Origin: Aplysia californica
Lineage: Eukaryota
Direction: 5' to 3'
Assembly: GCF_000002075.1 (NCBI RefSeq)
Contig: NW_004797388.1
Location: 470,774-534,773, forward strand
Length of the DNA stretch: 64,000 bases
Below are positions 39,377 through 52,823 of the stretch, piece after piece. The notes under the pieces are model-generated. The model ran no database searches, was not told where the DNA came from, and worked only from the letters and a program-made list of their open reading frames with translations. The position numbers and the translations under genes were made by a program. Position 1 is the stretch's first letter. Every line of letters starts with the position of its first letter.

Positions 39377-40719
39377 TTTGATTATCTGCTGGCCTGTTTA
39401 GTGTGTGGACAGAAATAATAATAAGAGCCTTTGTATCCCGCCTTTCCCCACAAAATGGGCCCAAGGCGTACAAAGGAGTAGGTACCAGAAACTAAATTTT
39501 CAAAGTAGTTGTATGCCAAATTTATCAGTTTCATTTGAAAGGCCTATATCCACTGAGCATTGNNNNNNNNNNNNNNNNNNNNNNNNNNNNNNNNNNNNNN
39601 NNNNNNNNNNNNNNNNNNNNNNNNNNNNNNNNNNNNNNNNNNNNNNNNNNNNNNNNNNNNNNNNNNNNNNNNNNNNNNNNNNNNNNNNNNNNNNNNNNNN
39701 NNNNNNNNNNNNNNNNNNNNNNNNNNNNNNNNNNNNNNNNNNNNNNNNNNNNNNNNNNNNNNNNNNNNNNNNNNNNNNNNNNNNNNNNNNNNNNNNNNNN
39801 NNNNNNNNNNNNNNNNNNNNNNNNNNNNNNNNNNNNNNNNNNNNNNNNNNNNNNNNNNNNNNNNNNNNNNNNNNNNNNNNNNNNNNNNNNNNNNNNNNNN
39901 NNNNNNNNNNNNNNNNNNNNNNNNNNNNNNNNNNNNNNNNNNNNNNNNNNNNNNNNNNNNNNNNNNNNNNNNNNNNNNNNNNNNNNNNNNNNNNNNNNNN
40001 NNNNNNNNNNNNNNNNNNNNNNNNNNNNNNNNNNNNNNNNNNNNNNNNNNNNNNNNNNNNNNNNNNNNNNNNNNNNNNNNNNNNNNNNNNNNNNNNNNNN
40101 NNNNNNNNNNNNNNNNNNNNNNNNNNNNNNNNNNNNNNNNNNNNNNNNNNNNNNNNNNNNNNNNNNNNNNNNNNNNNNNNNNNNNNNNNNNNNNNNNNNN
40201 NNNNNNNNNNNNNNNNNNNNNNNNNNNNNNNNNNNNNNNNNNNNNNNNNNNNNNNNNNNNNNNNNNNNNNNNNNNNNNNNNNNNNNNNNNNNNNNNNNNN
40301 NNNNNNNNNNNNNNNNNNNNNNNNNNNNNNNNNNNNNNNNNNNNNNNNNNNNNNNNNNNNNNNNNNNNNNNNNNNCGGAATTACCCCGATTTCACCGATA
40401 CCACGCGGTCGGAAGGCCGCGAGTGCCCGCGAGGCCGTGTTTACGCTACCTAATAGGAGATTAAAAACGCATTCATACTAACACCATACAAATTCATCAT
40501 GTACACACATTTTGACAGCAACATTCTTTCAGTCAATAAAAAATGCTCTTACATTTGCACGAAAATCGAGATTTTTTAGGTCTTTTAGAATTCAGAGGGG
40601 TAAGCAAAAATATCAGAGAGATACACCTCCTAGATTCGGTGTAATGAGGTAGAAAAGTTGTTCATTTGGTATTGTCCGGACTATAATACTGATCGGAAGA
40701 GTACTATTCTACAAAAATT

Positions 40720-42480
40720 GTTGAATGTCCATCCTCAAAAGCTTTATCTAAGATGTCAAAAGAACTCAGTGGACAAGCCAAAACAAAAATCTTGCCCAAC
40801 AATGTTCCAATGGAAACACTGCCACACAAATTCTGTACTTACTTCCATAACAAGGTTATCCAAATTCGGCATGGGTTGGACTCAGAGAACAAGACAAGTA
40901 ACATCTCAAATGTCTGAACCATTTAATGGTGAATCTCTTGAAACGTTCATGTCAGTTAGTCGTAAATTTGTGAAAGACACTGTCATGGCATGCCCACCAA
41001 AATCTTGTCATTTAGACCCAATGCCTACTGACTTATTGCACAGTCGTATTGACGATGTTATAAATGTTATAACTTCAATTGTGAACACATCATTAAGCGA
41101 GGGTACAGTTCCCCCATGCTTCAAAACAGCATCTATCTCACCTCTGATTAAAAAGCCTGGCCTTGACCCTAATGACCTAAAAACTACCGTCCTGTATCAA
41201 ACTCACCTTTTCTTTCCAAAGTTTTGGAAAAGGTAGTTCGTGCACAACTTAAAGATCAGCTCACAAAGAATAACTTGTTTGAGCCATTTCAATCGGCATA
41301 CACAGAAAACCATAGTGCTGAGACTGCTTTTCTGAGAATTGTCTCTGATCTACTCAAAGCTGCAGATGAGGGTTTGATATCCATTCTCTCACTTTTAGAC
41401 TTGTCTGCAGCGTTTGATACTTTAGACCACAACATCATGTTGAGTCGTTTGTCGGACATGTTCGGAATATCTGGCACCGTACTTGAATGGTTTCGGTCTT
41501 ACCTCAGTGATAGATTATACTTTGTTGTTGTTGATGGCATGCAATCTTGTCATCAATTGCTGGAATTTGGTGTGCCCCAGGGGTCAGTCCTAGGACCTGT
41601 GCTGTACACTATGTAAACATTACCTCTTGGTCGTACCATCAGACACCATTCCATGCCCTACCATATGTAAGCAGATGATACACGACTTTACAAGTCTGCA
41701 AAACCCAACAATATTCAATCTCTGTTAAAAGAAACCTCAGAATGTTTTGAATCTGTAAAAGCATGAATGACTGAAAATAAATTGAAATTAAAAGATGACA
41801 AAACGAAATCATGCCATGCTCAACCAGCTCAAAGATAAATGCTCTTGATGCAGAATGTCTCACCATTGGCAAAGGTACTGTCGCTTTTTCGAACAAAGCA
41901 AAAAATCTTGGAGTATACTTAGACAAAGACTTGTCCATAGAGACCCAACTTAGCCATCTATGTAAAATTTCATACTTAGAAATGAGAAGAATTGCTCCTA
42001 TAAGGAAATTTCTTAGCACTGATACCACCAAAAACTAGTGTTTGCCTTTATTTTGTCACGAGTTGATTATTGCAATTCACTGTTCGCTGGCCTGAAGAAA
42101 AAAGCAACGCTGCCAGGCTAGTATTAAAGCAATCAAAATGCCACCATGTGACTCCCCTCCTTAAAGAGCTCCATTGGCTTCCACTGAAAGCGAGAATCGA
42201 ATATAAGTTAGATCCACTATGCTTCAAAAGTCAAACTAACCAGTCTCCCACATACATTCAAGAACTCATTGTACCATCTACACCATCATGTGAACTAAGA
42301 TCCAGTGGCTCTAAGACTAATTTCAACTCCTCGTGTGTCACTGAAGAAATATGATGAGAGACCTTTTTCTTTCTGGGCCAACAGCTTGGAACACTCTCCC
42401 TCGTGATTTGAGGACCGAAATAAAACTTGATACCTTCCAAGGGACTCAAAACACATCTATGTAAGAAATATTTTAATTGA
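40720..42480 (+). mobile_element. L2/CR1-group LINE ORF2 (reverse transcriptase) pseudogene
   Basis: LDPMPT, LLDLSAAFDTLDH, GVPQGSVLGP, *ADDT, KNLGVYLD and LHWLPLKARIEYK, with stops and frameshifts. Confidence 0.92.
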
Positions 42481-43510
42481 TGGACAATACCTTGCCTTTT
42501 TGTAAGAGGTAATAAAGAGGTGCCATTTATTTAATCATTAATATTTAATTCATAATTAAACTCAACACCGCACACTTTTTATATAAAGTACGGTACATGT
42601 ACATTGCTAAAACCATAACAATACAGGGTGTCGTTGCTAGTGCTAAGCCAGAAATTTCAGGGAGGGGGGAGGGTGAAGGGGATACAGTTTGGTCAAACCC
42701 AAAAACGGGGAATCAACTGAGTACTAAATTTGAAGCGCTGATGGGCATGTCACTGGGCACCCCCTCCGTGCAGGTCCATAGCCAGAGCCTCTTCCCCCCC
42801 CCCCTCCTTTACACACATATGTCTTGTTCTTTTTTCGAGATTTGTTATAGAATAAAAGAGACAGCCTCGATCAGTTTCTATGGAGAAATAGTTCAGTAGT
42901 TTTAAGGCAACGTTTTGGGGGTTTGTAAATTAAGCCTAGTAATCTAACCATGGTGATTAATGAAAAGGCGACAGCAAATTGAAACGCATGCGATCTCAAT
43001 GACGGAAGATATGAAAGAAATTTTACTCATTGTATACATGTATATCACAATGAGGCAATCAAAATAAGCGCACTGTTACCCACTAACCACTGGACTGAAA
43101 ACAATTCAGTCTTGCGGCGCATGCAGTTAGTTAAAAAAAAAAAAGAAGAAAAAGATTTAAACAAACAAAAAAACTAACACTAACTACCGTTCTTGATCTA
43201 ATAAAAATTCCCTGCGCAGACTGCAATTAAATACTAAAGATTATATAGAAAACACCTCTTTGTATTTGTCGCATATGTTAGGTTTTTAGGAATTCAGAGG
43301 CATATGCAAAAAATCATGACAATTCGCCACTTAGTTTCTGTGTAATGAGGTCGACAAGCTGTCCATTTGGAGTGGGGTTGTCAGGACTATAGCACAAGAT
43401 TTCACTTTATGGTTGAGCTGTTTGAACATTTGCTTGTGAACTGTCAATTTGGATTTCCTCCCTCTCGGCACGTCTTCGTTCCTGAGATCGCTCACGGATT
43501 CGATCGTCAG

Positions 43511-43946
43511 TTCATCTTGAGATCATCTTGAGATCATCTTGAGATCATATTGAGACCATCTTGAGACCATCTTGAGATCATCTCGAGATCATCTCGAGAT
43601 CATCTTGAGATCGGGAACTGCGTAGTGAGTGGCGGACTTAATTTGTGTAATCCACAGAGTACAATTTCAATTCCTTTAAAAAAGTGCGTGTGGGTGAATT
43701 TCTCCCGCTGAAGAAGCCATTTGTTTGCACCATAATTTTTTCGCCTTTTTTCTTTAGAGAAATACTTAAAACTATACAGGCTGCAGCAACTTCACTTTGG
43801 GTGGGAGCCATTTTGATAATCTGCTGGCCTGTGTAGTGTGAGGGCACAAATGAGGCCGCTCACGGATCTGATCGTCAGTTCATCTTGAGATCATCTTGAG
43901 ACCATCTTGAGACCATCTTGAGATCATCTCCAGATCATCTTGAGAT
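43511..43946. repeat. 11-bp tandem repeat (CATCTTGAGAT)n, two arrays in the duplicated Harbinger subterminal region
   Basis: About 9 units at 43511-43612 and about 6 units at 43881-43946, each followed by the TIR. Confidence 0.9.
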
Positions 43947-46294
43947 GGGGAACTGCGTAGTGAGTGGCGGGCTTTAGGCGAACATTAAAGAGTGGTGTTG
44001 AGGAAAATATGTTAACTTTTAAATGTTTTAGGTATATGCTGTAAATACCTATTATTTTTTTTACCCCCTTTAGGCTTACATCAAAGAAAACGTGTCGGAA
44101 CGAGTTTGCAGTGACTTTTATGAATGGGCTTTTAGATTCTGTTTAACTTTTAGACCCGCATGCAAAGACCCAGAAGGATTAAACAGAGCGATTTGTTTTT
44201 ATCCCGTTTTAACAGCGGTCAGACGAAAGTGAACGAGCTATAATTGTTTGCACATTCTCAGTCAGTCAGTGTTTGTTCCCTTCAATAGGGCAAGTATGAT
44301 ATCAAACATGCTTCTCAATACTGACTTGTTTTACGGCACTTGCAATGCAAACAGCTCATATAATTGCCTAAAATTAGAGGTGTTACTAGAGAGTGGTGTC
44401 TTGGTGAAATCAGAAGCTCGTCAAATATCAAATAGAAAAAAACAAACCAACATCCATCCGCCCGTTGGGAAATTTTTGTTCAAATTTGGCCAACACCTCT
44501 TCTTTTATGTTTACTCAATAACAAGAACACTCAAGCTTTGAAAGTCAACAAAGTTTGGCGTCCATTTTCTCGCTAATTTTACCTCTCACACTAGACAACC
44601 TCCATCTCCCTCACATCCAAATTTCTCAACTTTTTTTTCTACATAGCAAAGTATTTTTAAAATAAAAAAGCAAGATAAATGAACAAGTTATAAGATAATA
44701 CCAATAACTCTATATGCCCAGTAACTGACGAGCGCCTGTTTCCACCGTGTCGTGACACACAATTAGATGAGCTTTTGTTCTTTTTGTTCTTCTTCAATTA
44801 TCTAGACCATTTCGTTACTCTGTAGTGACCTGATTTGAGACAAAAAGCTCTCTCGGCGGAAAGAAAAAAACCCTTCCACAAAGCTACCCTAAAGGCATTC
44901 CTGAAGCGATGTGACATTCCCATTAATTAAGACCTGTGAAGAAGCTGCATTGTCTGGTGCTCCTTGGGGCTTGTTTTAGTAAGAGTTTCCCGGCCCTCGC
45001 AACACAATTAGGTCATAATATAAGTACCAAAGATTAGAGGTGTTACAAGGGAGTAACAAACCCAAAAAAGAAAGAGAATAAGGACGATAGATGTTTAACA
45101 GTAAAGAAGGAGCAAACCACACCAGAGCACCTAAGTAAGTAAGCTGAGGAAATACCGAGAGAGCCTCACCTCCCTGCTTAGTTGAGCCCCCACACATCTC
45201 CTTCCCCAACTCCACTGCAACAGACATCAGCGGGCGAAGATCGGATTGGCCTGATCAGCTATCTCGCGACAACCCCCCCCCCCCCCCACCCCCACACCCC
45301 ACTTTCAACCTTCCCCGAAATTGATATGAAGTAAAAGTCATCTTTGCCCGCAGAGGAAGAATGTTATCAGCCTACGAGGGATTTTTATTCTCATTAGCCC
45401 TCAGAACGATTTCTCTACTCATCCGCTCATTGAGCCTTCAAAAAGTGCATGACTTGGTCTAGCCCTTCTTGGAAGCTCCGTTAGGGTGGTTGGTATCTTG
45501 CTGGTTTACAGAGCGGGTGGCCCAGGTTCAAATCTTCAACAGGCGGTTCTGAAATTGGGTTGTTTTGGGGAGTAGTTCGATCCCTTCATTGATGAACATT
45601 AAATTCAGAGGCCCCACCTCTTAAATAACCATAACGTGTTGAAAAGGGCGTATAGTTAAAGTAGATAAAGGCTAAATCACCTTTCTGATTGAGACAATTG
45701 TTGATTACCGTTGGGATAAACTGGCTAGAAGGCGTGTTACAGGCCCGGACACACACTGTTTGAAAACTCCAGGGAAAAACACAACAGATAAGACACATTC
45801 TAAGAAAGTGGAGAAAGTGGAGATTCAAAATTTGAAAGGGCCGTATGTCATGGTGAGTACAACATTTATTTTACTTTACGCAGCACATGACTCAACTGGG
45901 TTGTCCCAGAAACTATTAATTTGGGGGAGGGAGGGGGGGGGTTGGATTTTTGGAGAATGCAATAAAACGCTCATTAGAAAAAATGAGACTAATCTGGATT
46001 TGTTGTTGTTGTTATTCTTATTTTTATCATAGTTATTATTATTATTTGAAATACAATGCTGACATGGCCCAACCATTTAAGGAAATATTGCATTTTGTTA
46101 ATATGAAGTAGAACTTCTTTAACGTTCAGAGATTTTACTGAATATGTTCTATTTAGAATACTAAACATTTATCCTATAGTTTCTTGCTGTAAAAATGATT
46201 ATATGTAAGTGAAAATGGGAACCTATATCATTTTGGTTGCGAGCCCAACAGCCTAACCCCAAGACCACAGACGCCATAAACCACATGTCAAAGC

Positions 46295-46984
46295 TCACTG
46301 AGGACACCCCTTGGGTTTGGGCCCGGTATAAGCTTTGCACACCGGTGTCAAGAGGTCCAAGTTATACGCTACGTGGAAAACTCCGTTGATCACGACCCAA
46401 GGAACCCACAGCACATGCTGGGCTACGGTCCTCTCCGCCATCTGGTGCTCGAGTTGGTTCCCAAGGTCACTGGTCACACACGACGCGATCTCTTCCACGG
46501 GCATATTGTGGAGTTTTCCGCACTTCTCCAGAACCGGTTTCCAATCAGATGATGGGTAGGAAAAGTTTTCCTCAAAGCATTTGATAAACTTGTAGTGGTC
46601 CTCGAACTTTGGCTTGTAGTGGATAGCGCAAGTTTCCACTAGGTTTCCCCAACATTCTCCAGGGCCATGCTGACAAGTGAAGACCCACCTTTTCTTGGAC
46701 TTGTCATAAGATTCTTGAGCGTTGCCGTAAGGAATAAAGTTGAAGTCCATGTAGGTGCCCTTCTCTCCGAGCACGTCAACCGCTTTGGACAGAACGTCTG
46801 TAATGAATTGCTGACAGCCGCCGCACTGGCATTCGTAGTACAGGGTCACGTTCACCGGTGGTGCAGCTTCCAAGATGGCGGCTTCCTTCAGGTCGGCCAC
46901 GGCTGTTTCCTCGTTCTTGCAGAGGGATGCAGCGTCCGCGGCTGTTGCCATGACAACAAGGGCGAGAAGGATCGCGTACTTCAT
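46295..46984 (-). CDS. IFI30: GILT-like lysosomal thiol reductase, copy 1 (229 aa, CDS in one exon)
   Basis: Signal peptide MKYAILLALVVMATAADA, active site YYECQCGGC, PYGNA, the GILT signature CQHGPGECWGNLVETC (CQHGX2ECX2NX4C), VPW, and sequons NVT and NFS. The upstream start given in the ORF track lies in the predicted intron. Confidence 0.95.
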   Translation of the reverse strand: MKYAILLALVVMATAADAASLCKNEETAVADLKEAAILEAAPPVNVTLYYECQCGGCQQFITDVLSKAVDVLGEKGTYMDFNFIPYGNAQESYDKSKKRWVFTCQHGPGECWGNLVETCAIHYKPKFEDHYKFIKCFEENFSYPSSDWKPVLEKCGKLHNMPVEEIASCVTSDLGNQLEHQMAERTVAQHVLWVPWVVINGVFHVAYNLDLLTPVCKAYTGPKPKGCPQ

Positions 46985-46994
46985 ACTTATGGAT

Positions 46995-49900
46995 CTGAAA
47001 TGATTAAACAGAATACAATTCATGTATCATTCAACTCTGTTGAAAATGTAACCTTGACTGCATATATTCATTATACGGCGATAACTACATAATCAATAAC
47101 AAAAACAAATACAGAATCCAAAAGAACGAAGCAAAAACAAACCAAAACTTAAGAAGATTAATTCTACTCTAAGACTTGATACACAACCGGGCTGCGAGGA
47201 GGAGTGGCCCCGGGGGGGGGGGGGATATCCAACTCTCCTCCCCCCACCCCTTCCTTCCTACTCACCCACCCATTCAACTTTTGGCTGAAAATTTGATTAA
47301 CTGCTTTCATAATTATGTTTACATTCTCTTTCTATTGAAAAAGAACATTAACCTTTTCGTATCGTGCGGCTTTCACGGTGGGCATTCCCTAAGAACGCCA
47401 TCATTTTATGTGCGCTATTCCCCGGAAACGCGCAATTTTGGGGTATTTTCAAAGAAATGTATCTCAACGGTTTTTAATCATAGACCTTTGTATTTGGTGT
47501 CAAAGTAAAGTGCAAATCTTTGCCAACACAAACATAGTTTTAGGACCACATTCACTTTCTTTGACAAAAGTTGTCAACTGTACAAAAGAGTGTATGACGT
47601 TGAAGAAATGAAACGTTTTCAAAACAAATTCTACACCCCAATACACACACTAAACAGTTCAACGGTCTTTCTTCAATGATCTTAACGCCTGTTCAGACAG
47701 GCGTGATCCATGATAAATATAATTCAACTAAAATCACTAGAAAATTAAACCGAACGAATGAACATGTGCTGTCCTGAGCAGCTTTCTGAACAGCTCAATA
47801 TACTCAAGCATCGGCTGAGTCAGCCGCTTCTTTCGATTCAGAGTTGAGTTGTGCACCTCAAAGCAGCTAGGGTAGAGTGCAACTTTGCAGCTTGAGCCCT
47901 AGTGCAATGTCACTTTCTTTTGGCATTTTCTGTTCACTTCTGACACCCCAGCTCTGCACGCATTTCCTGTGCACATTTCCTACTGTCGCCTAAAGGTTCT
48001 GTGTCCGTGGTGTTGTTTTCAGCTTACTGACACTCTTTGAGAACATGCCTCTTTCATAGTTAAAAATCCACTACACCTCCCTAGAAAAACGTAATACAAC
48101 TTTTTTTTTTTTGTCAATTTTGTTCAGATGCAGATTTGACACTACGTAGCAATGAAGTAGGATGAAGCAGGAAAGGCAATTTTTATTTTCTACAATAAAT
48201 AATAACTTTGGGGTCTAACAATTACAAAGCACGCATTACGAAAGGAGTGGGAAAAAGAAGAAAAGAAGATACGAAGTATAAGCGAAGGTCTACTTGAGCC
48301 GTTCATTCTGAACTCGTTGATTTCAGATCGCCTCTTTAAATTGGCGTTATTGGTTTCGCGGTTTAACGGATCGCCACTTACGTGGTGTTTTGGGATTACC
48401 GTTTTGTTTTTTTTCAACCCGAAGAGCTACGATTGGTCCTGTTCTTCATTTAATTGCCTATTTTCACCGTTATTGTGATTTTCAGTCCAATTAACACATA
48501 GTTTCAGTTCCCACACAAANNNNNNNNNNNNNNNNNNNNNNNNNNNNNNNNNNNNNNNNNNNNNNNNNNNNNNNNNNNNNNNNNNNNNNNNNNNNNNNNN
48601 NNNNNNNNNNNNNNNNNNNNNNNNNNNNNNNNNNNNNNNNNNNNNNNNAGAACGTTTTCTCGGTAGATTTTCTTTCTTCTCCTTCTGGATTGGACAAGAA
48701 AGTTTTCGTAAGTCATTCGTTTTAGTACACGTACACGTATGTTTCCTTTTGAACTCATTATTTTTAGTTCATGTATGTTTCCTTTTGAACTCATTATTTT
48801 TAGTTCATGTATGTTTCCTTTTGAACTCATTATTTTTAGTTCATGTATGTTTCCTTTTGAAATCATTATTTTTAGTTCATGTATGTTTCCTTTTGAACTC
48901 ATTGTTTTTAGTTCATGTATGTTTCCTTTTGAACTCATTATTTTTCGTTCATGTATGTTTCCTTTTGAACTCATTATAATAGTATGTTTCCTTTTCAAGT
49001 CATTATTTTTAGTGCTTGTATGTTTCGTTTTCAACTCGTTGTTATTAGTACATGTATATTTCCTTTTTTATTCTTTGTTTTAGTACATGTTTTCTTGTGT
49101 GTTTCCTTTTCAATTCATCGAGGGCGCATTTTGGTCATCCGACTAAGCTTGAAGACGTCTTGTTTTTATTTTGTTTTGTTTTGGGGTGTTTTTTGTGCTT
49201 TACTTTGTTTTGTTTTTTGTTTTTTAAAGGGGGCGGCAAAAACAGAGGAAGAACTTCATTAGTCATACAGAAGCCTCCCTGTCGCTCGCTAGAGATCTGA
49301 GTTCGATTCCTGATTGGAGAGAATTTTTATCGAGTTTGACCCTGATAGACAGAGTTAAAGCCCATTTTCTAAACCTTCTAAACCGTATCGATGGGGGGCA
49401 TTAAAAAGCCTACCTAAAAAAAGTTAAGTGAATAATATGGATCTTTCTGCGTGTTGCATTAATATTACAATGATGACCAGCCGAGACATGCCTCGTTTGG
49501 TAGCCTCCATGGGTAGCCTGAGCCGGTTGTTAGAAATGTGTGAAGGCTTAGTATTAGTCTTGGTAAGAGTTTTACAACACTTGTAACACAGACAGATCAA
49601 AATGTTACTACGAGAGATTAAACGTGTGGAATAAGTGCAGGTTAAATCTTTTGTTTGCTTGTTTTAGTAGAGGTTTTACGGCGCTCGCAACTGCATAAGG
49701 TCATATGAGCGCCAGAAGATTAGAGGTGTTACAAGAGAGTAACAAACATAAAACAGAAGGAGGGGAGATAAGGACGATACATGTTTGAAATGAAAGAAGA
49801 AGCAAACCACACCAGAGCACCCGCCAACCGCCCACGTTAATCTTTGTTTTCAAAAGAGTTTTACAGCGCCTTCAATACAAGTACGTCATATAACTGCCGG

Positions 49901-50021
49901 GGATTAGAGGTGTATCCAGAGAGTAGCATACACATCTAAGAAGTAGGAGGTGAAAATAATCTAAGGACGATAGATGGTTCAGTTTGAGTTTGAGTTTTCT
50001 TGTCACAATAAAAATACTCAC
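46995..50021 (-). other. Predicted 5'-UTR intron of GILT copy 1
   Basis: Donor GTGAGT (50021-50016) and acceptor TTTCAG ending at 46995, 10 nt before the ATG. Both sites are conserved in copy 2. Confidence 0.7.
48737..49110. repeat. 36-bp minisatellite (about 7 near-perfect plus degenerate units) in the GILT-1 intron
   Basis: Unit GTATGTTTCCTTTTGAACTCATTATTTTTAGTTCAT. Confidence 0.95.
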
Positions 50022-50160
50022 AGTGTAGAAGCCCTGCTCATGCTGTTGCTTTTCTGTCTCAAAGCCTGTCCAAAATTAAGTGACGAGGAATTGAGGAGGA
50101 GCTTTTAAATACTGTGTGTGTCTTTTGTTTATTATCACCCTACGACCCACGCAGGCACGA
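50022..50160 (-). promoter_or_regulatory. Core promoter and non-coding exon 1 of GILT copy 1
   Basis: TATTTAAA (50111-50104) lies 30 nt upstream of the A of Inr-like TCACTT (50081). TGATAA and ATAAACA lie upstream. Exon about 50081-50022. Confidence 0.7.
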
Positions 50161-51116
50161 TAGTGATCACAAAAATCTGTGAACTAATTGTCTTTTATCT
50201 TTTGCACCTACATACATATTACTAATCGACCGTTTAAAAATAATAATGATAATAATGATAATCAGGGGCGCCCGTGGGTCTAAAACGTGGGCGTGCACAA
50301 TTATGCCATTGTAGGTTGAAGAGAGTCAAGGGCATAGGAAATGGGATGGTGTATAAGATCTTTGGGTAGGTGAAGGAGGACCTTATGCTTTTATTATAAT
50401 TCTTTTTACTTGTCGCTTTGATTTCTAGGACTAAATCTATTTGTTAGCTAAACATCAATGTCGTTCATCCTGCATTGGAACTGAATACTCAAGTAATAAC
50501 TTTCACCACTTCACCAAAAAACCATTCAAAGGCACAACTCATAGGACGGTGGTTTAAGTATGTCATGTTCACCTCCCTCAGGTTCACGGTCACAGAGTCA
50601 CTTAAAATAGTGCAAGACAATGAACCAATCACAATCCTCTTGAGCACTCTGCTGCATTGCTCGGGATTCACATCATTTTGGCTTAGAATAGTGTACAGTC
50701 TATCGCGTTTATTTTTAGACTACCTACTGTGGGCTATGTTTCTGGACTATTTGGCAGGAGCACATTTGAGATGTGCTGTCTTATTAATATTATTGTACCG
50801 ACAAACTCACTACGAGTGTCGTCATCGCATGGGTTATCCCAAAGAGAGATTTATAGTCAGGTTGCCACTGTTGAATATCCTATTGTGTTTAGTTAAAGCG
50901 CGTGGACTTTGGCATGGCATGGTAGAAGTTTTACTGCGCTGTAGACATAGAAATGACAGTTACGCGCCAGCGAGGACTATGTTTTGGTATTTTTGGCTAA
51001 TGTTTGTTTCTGGCTTCTTTTAGTTTATGTTTGTGGGTGCTTTTCGTAATAGAACATTAAACAATTTATTTTGGGCGGCACTGCACGACCGTGCTCTATG
51101 GATGAACCGCGCCTGA

Positions 51117-51195
<79 letters not shown>
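51117..51195. repeat. (AAT)n microsatellite
   Basis: Read directly from the sequence. It explains the poly-Leu ORF at 51020-51322. Confidence 0.95.
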
Positions 51196-52823
51196 GTAAA
51201 TTTGAAGGGCACAAACTGAAAAACAAACATGACACTTTTTGGCATTTTTGAGCGAAAGGAAAATGAAATGCTTGACAGCCTACGTTTTTTCGATAGTATA
51301 GATTACACTTGTCAACACACATTGTGTGGCTAGCGGTTTAAGACTTATTTTAAGGTAATTTGTAGTCGGCGGTTCCAGAAATGGCATACGTGTTTACGTG
51401 TCGCGTTAAGTTGTAGCTCTACGAAAGAGTGGTGATTTTCATGTCAATGTCACAAAATTAATGAGTTTTCAAACAGCATAGTCTATAGTTTGATTTCAAA
51501 CTTCACTTTCATAGTAGAGAAAGAGAACTACTCCAGTACTTTGCAACATACAAGGACTTTGTCTTCCGTCACGACGTACCAGCAGGTTTGTTACGTGCAC
51601 TGGGTGTACATGTATTTGACTACGACCCGAATGAGGGAAGACATTTTTAGACAGCTCAACGAAAAATCGGAAGTTTGTGCTACGAGCTATGTCATAATGT
51701 TAATTCATTCAGGTCCGTTCCTGGTGATTACTCGGATTTGCTTTAAAGAAGAATATAGGCGCTTAAAAAAGTGCTGGACTGACTTGAATGCAAAAGCCCT
51801 CAACTAAAAGATTTGTTTCACCTAAGAATGGTCAACTTCTTACCTGACAAATAGGGTGTCTCTACAAAGTATTCATGATCACATTGGTTGTGGGATAGTT
51901 AACGGAAAAACACTGGGGAAAAAGATTTGACCAGTGAGGATAGCTCCAACAGTTGGAGACAAGAATGTCACCAGTGAACCATTTTTATGGGGTTTTTTGG
52001 TAAGTGTTTTACGGCGCTCGCAACTGCATTAGGTCATATATAAGCGCGTGGGACACACTAAACATTTTCAGTTGGTAGGAAATATTTTGAATTTTGCCCG
52101 GGTGGTGGCCGATGCCTACTCTTATCAATTGTGGACCACCAAGGGAGGTTTTTCACCCTTATCCGAGAAATCTAGCTGTAGATCTTACCTACCATAAGGC
52201 TGGGGTATGGCTGAATGACAACAGTAAGAAGGAGCCTAGGAGCAACAGCAGAAAGGCTGCAGAAAGAGTCAGGAGCTCAGAGGAGAGGGCAAAAGAGGTG
52301 AGGGGGTGGGGGCAGAAAGTGGAGACGGAAGCAGACGACAGAACATTGTTGGAAACAGGAAAGGATGTGAAAGGAGAACATGTTAGAGAAGAAAATTGTC
52401 TGTCGCTATCCGATTTCGAACCTGGGGCCTATTGAATGAGAAATAGACACCTTTACCTGTAGAACACTAGAGCCCCCTTGATGGTGTCAGTAATGAACAA
52501 GGTGACAGAGTTCATTAAGACTTTACAATAAGACAATGAGAGGGATTTGGGGGGGGGGGTGCTACACTCAGAAAGTCCGGATGCGGGTTAAAACTATGGA
52601 TTTTAAGAAATAGGCACTTTTGGCTTCTTCAGACTTTCTTACAACTACATGTATTTCATTGCACAAGAACCCCGTAAGGCCTTATTTTTGACATACCAAG
52701 TCCAAACTTTCTTAGAAAATGTCCATTTTTTGGGGCTGCAATACAAGCATAACAGTTCATTTTATATTAGCCAATTAGATAATTTTCCTCAAGTGTCAGT
52801 AATGAACAAGGTGACAGATTTCA

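Larger units (their letters stand above)
36700..43973 (-). mobile_element. PIF/Harbinger element with nested insertions (spans assembly gaps)
   Basis: TIR AGCCCGCCACTCAC(A/T)ACGCAGTT at 36700, inverted copies ending at 43973 and 43638, and TTA flanks at 36697-36699 and 43974-43976. Transposase remnants lie inside. Confidence 0.65.

Noticed and set aside
39405-40481. Long ORFs containing X runs (also near 26.1, 30.7, 31.6, 38.8, 48.5, 55.1, 55.4, 58.1 and 59.1 kb)
   Set aside because: Artefacts of N gaps.
46667-47092. Antisense ORFs conserved in both GILT copies (46667-47092 + and 61562-61972 -)
   Set aside because: They are shadows of the near-identical GILT CDS, start at non-ATG codons and have no independent motifs.
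48504-49083. Repetitive peptides (MSSKGNIHELKI)n and (MFPFELIIFSSC)n
   Set aside because: They are translations of a stop-free 36-bp intronic minisatellite that is absent from the paralogue.
50475-51023. 182-aa ORF between the GILT promoters
   Set aside because: TTG start, no recognisable motif, and no counterpart in the other arm.
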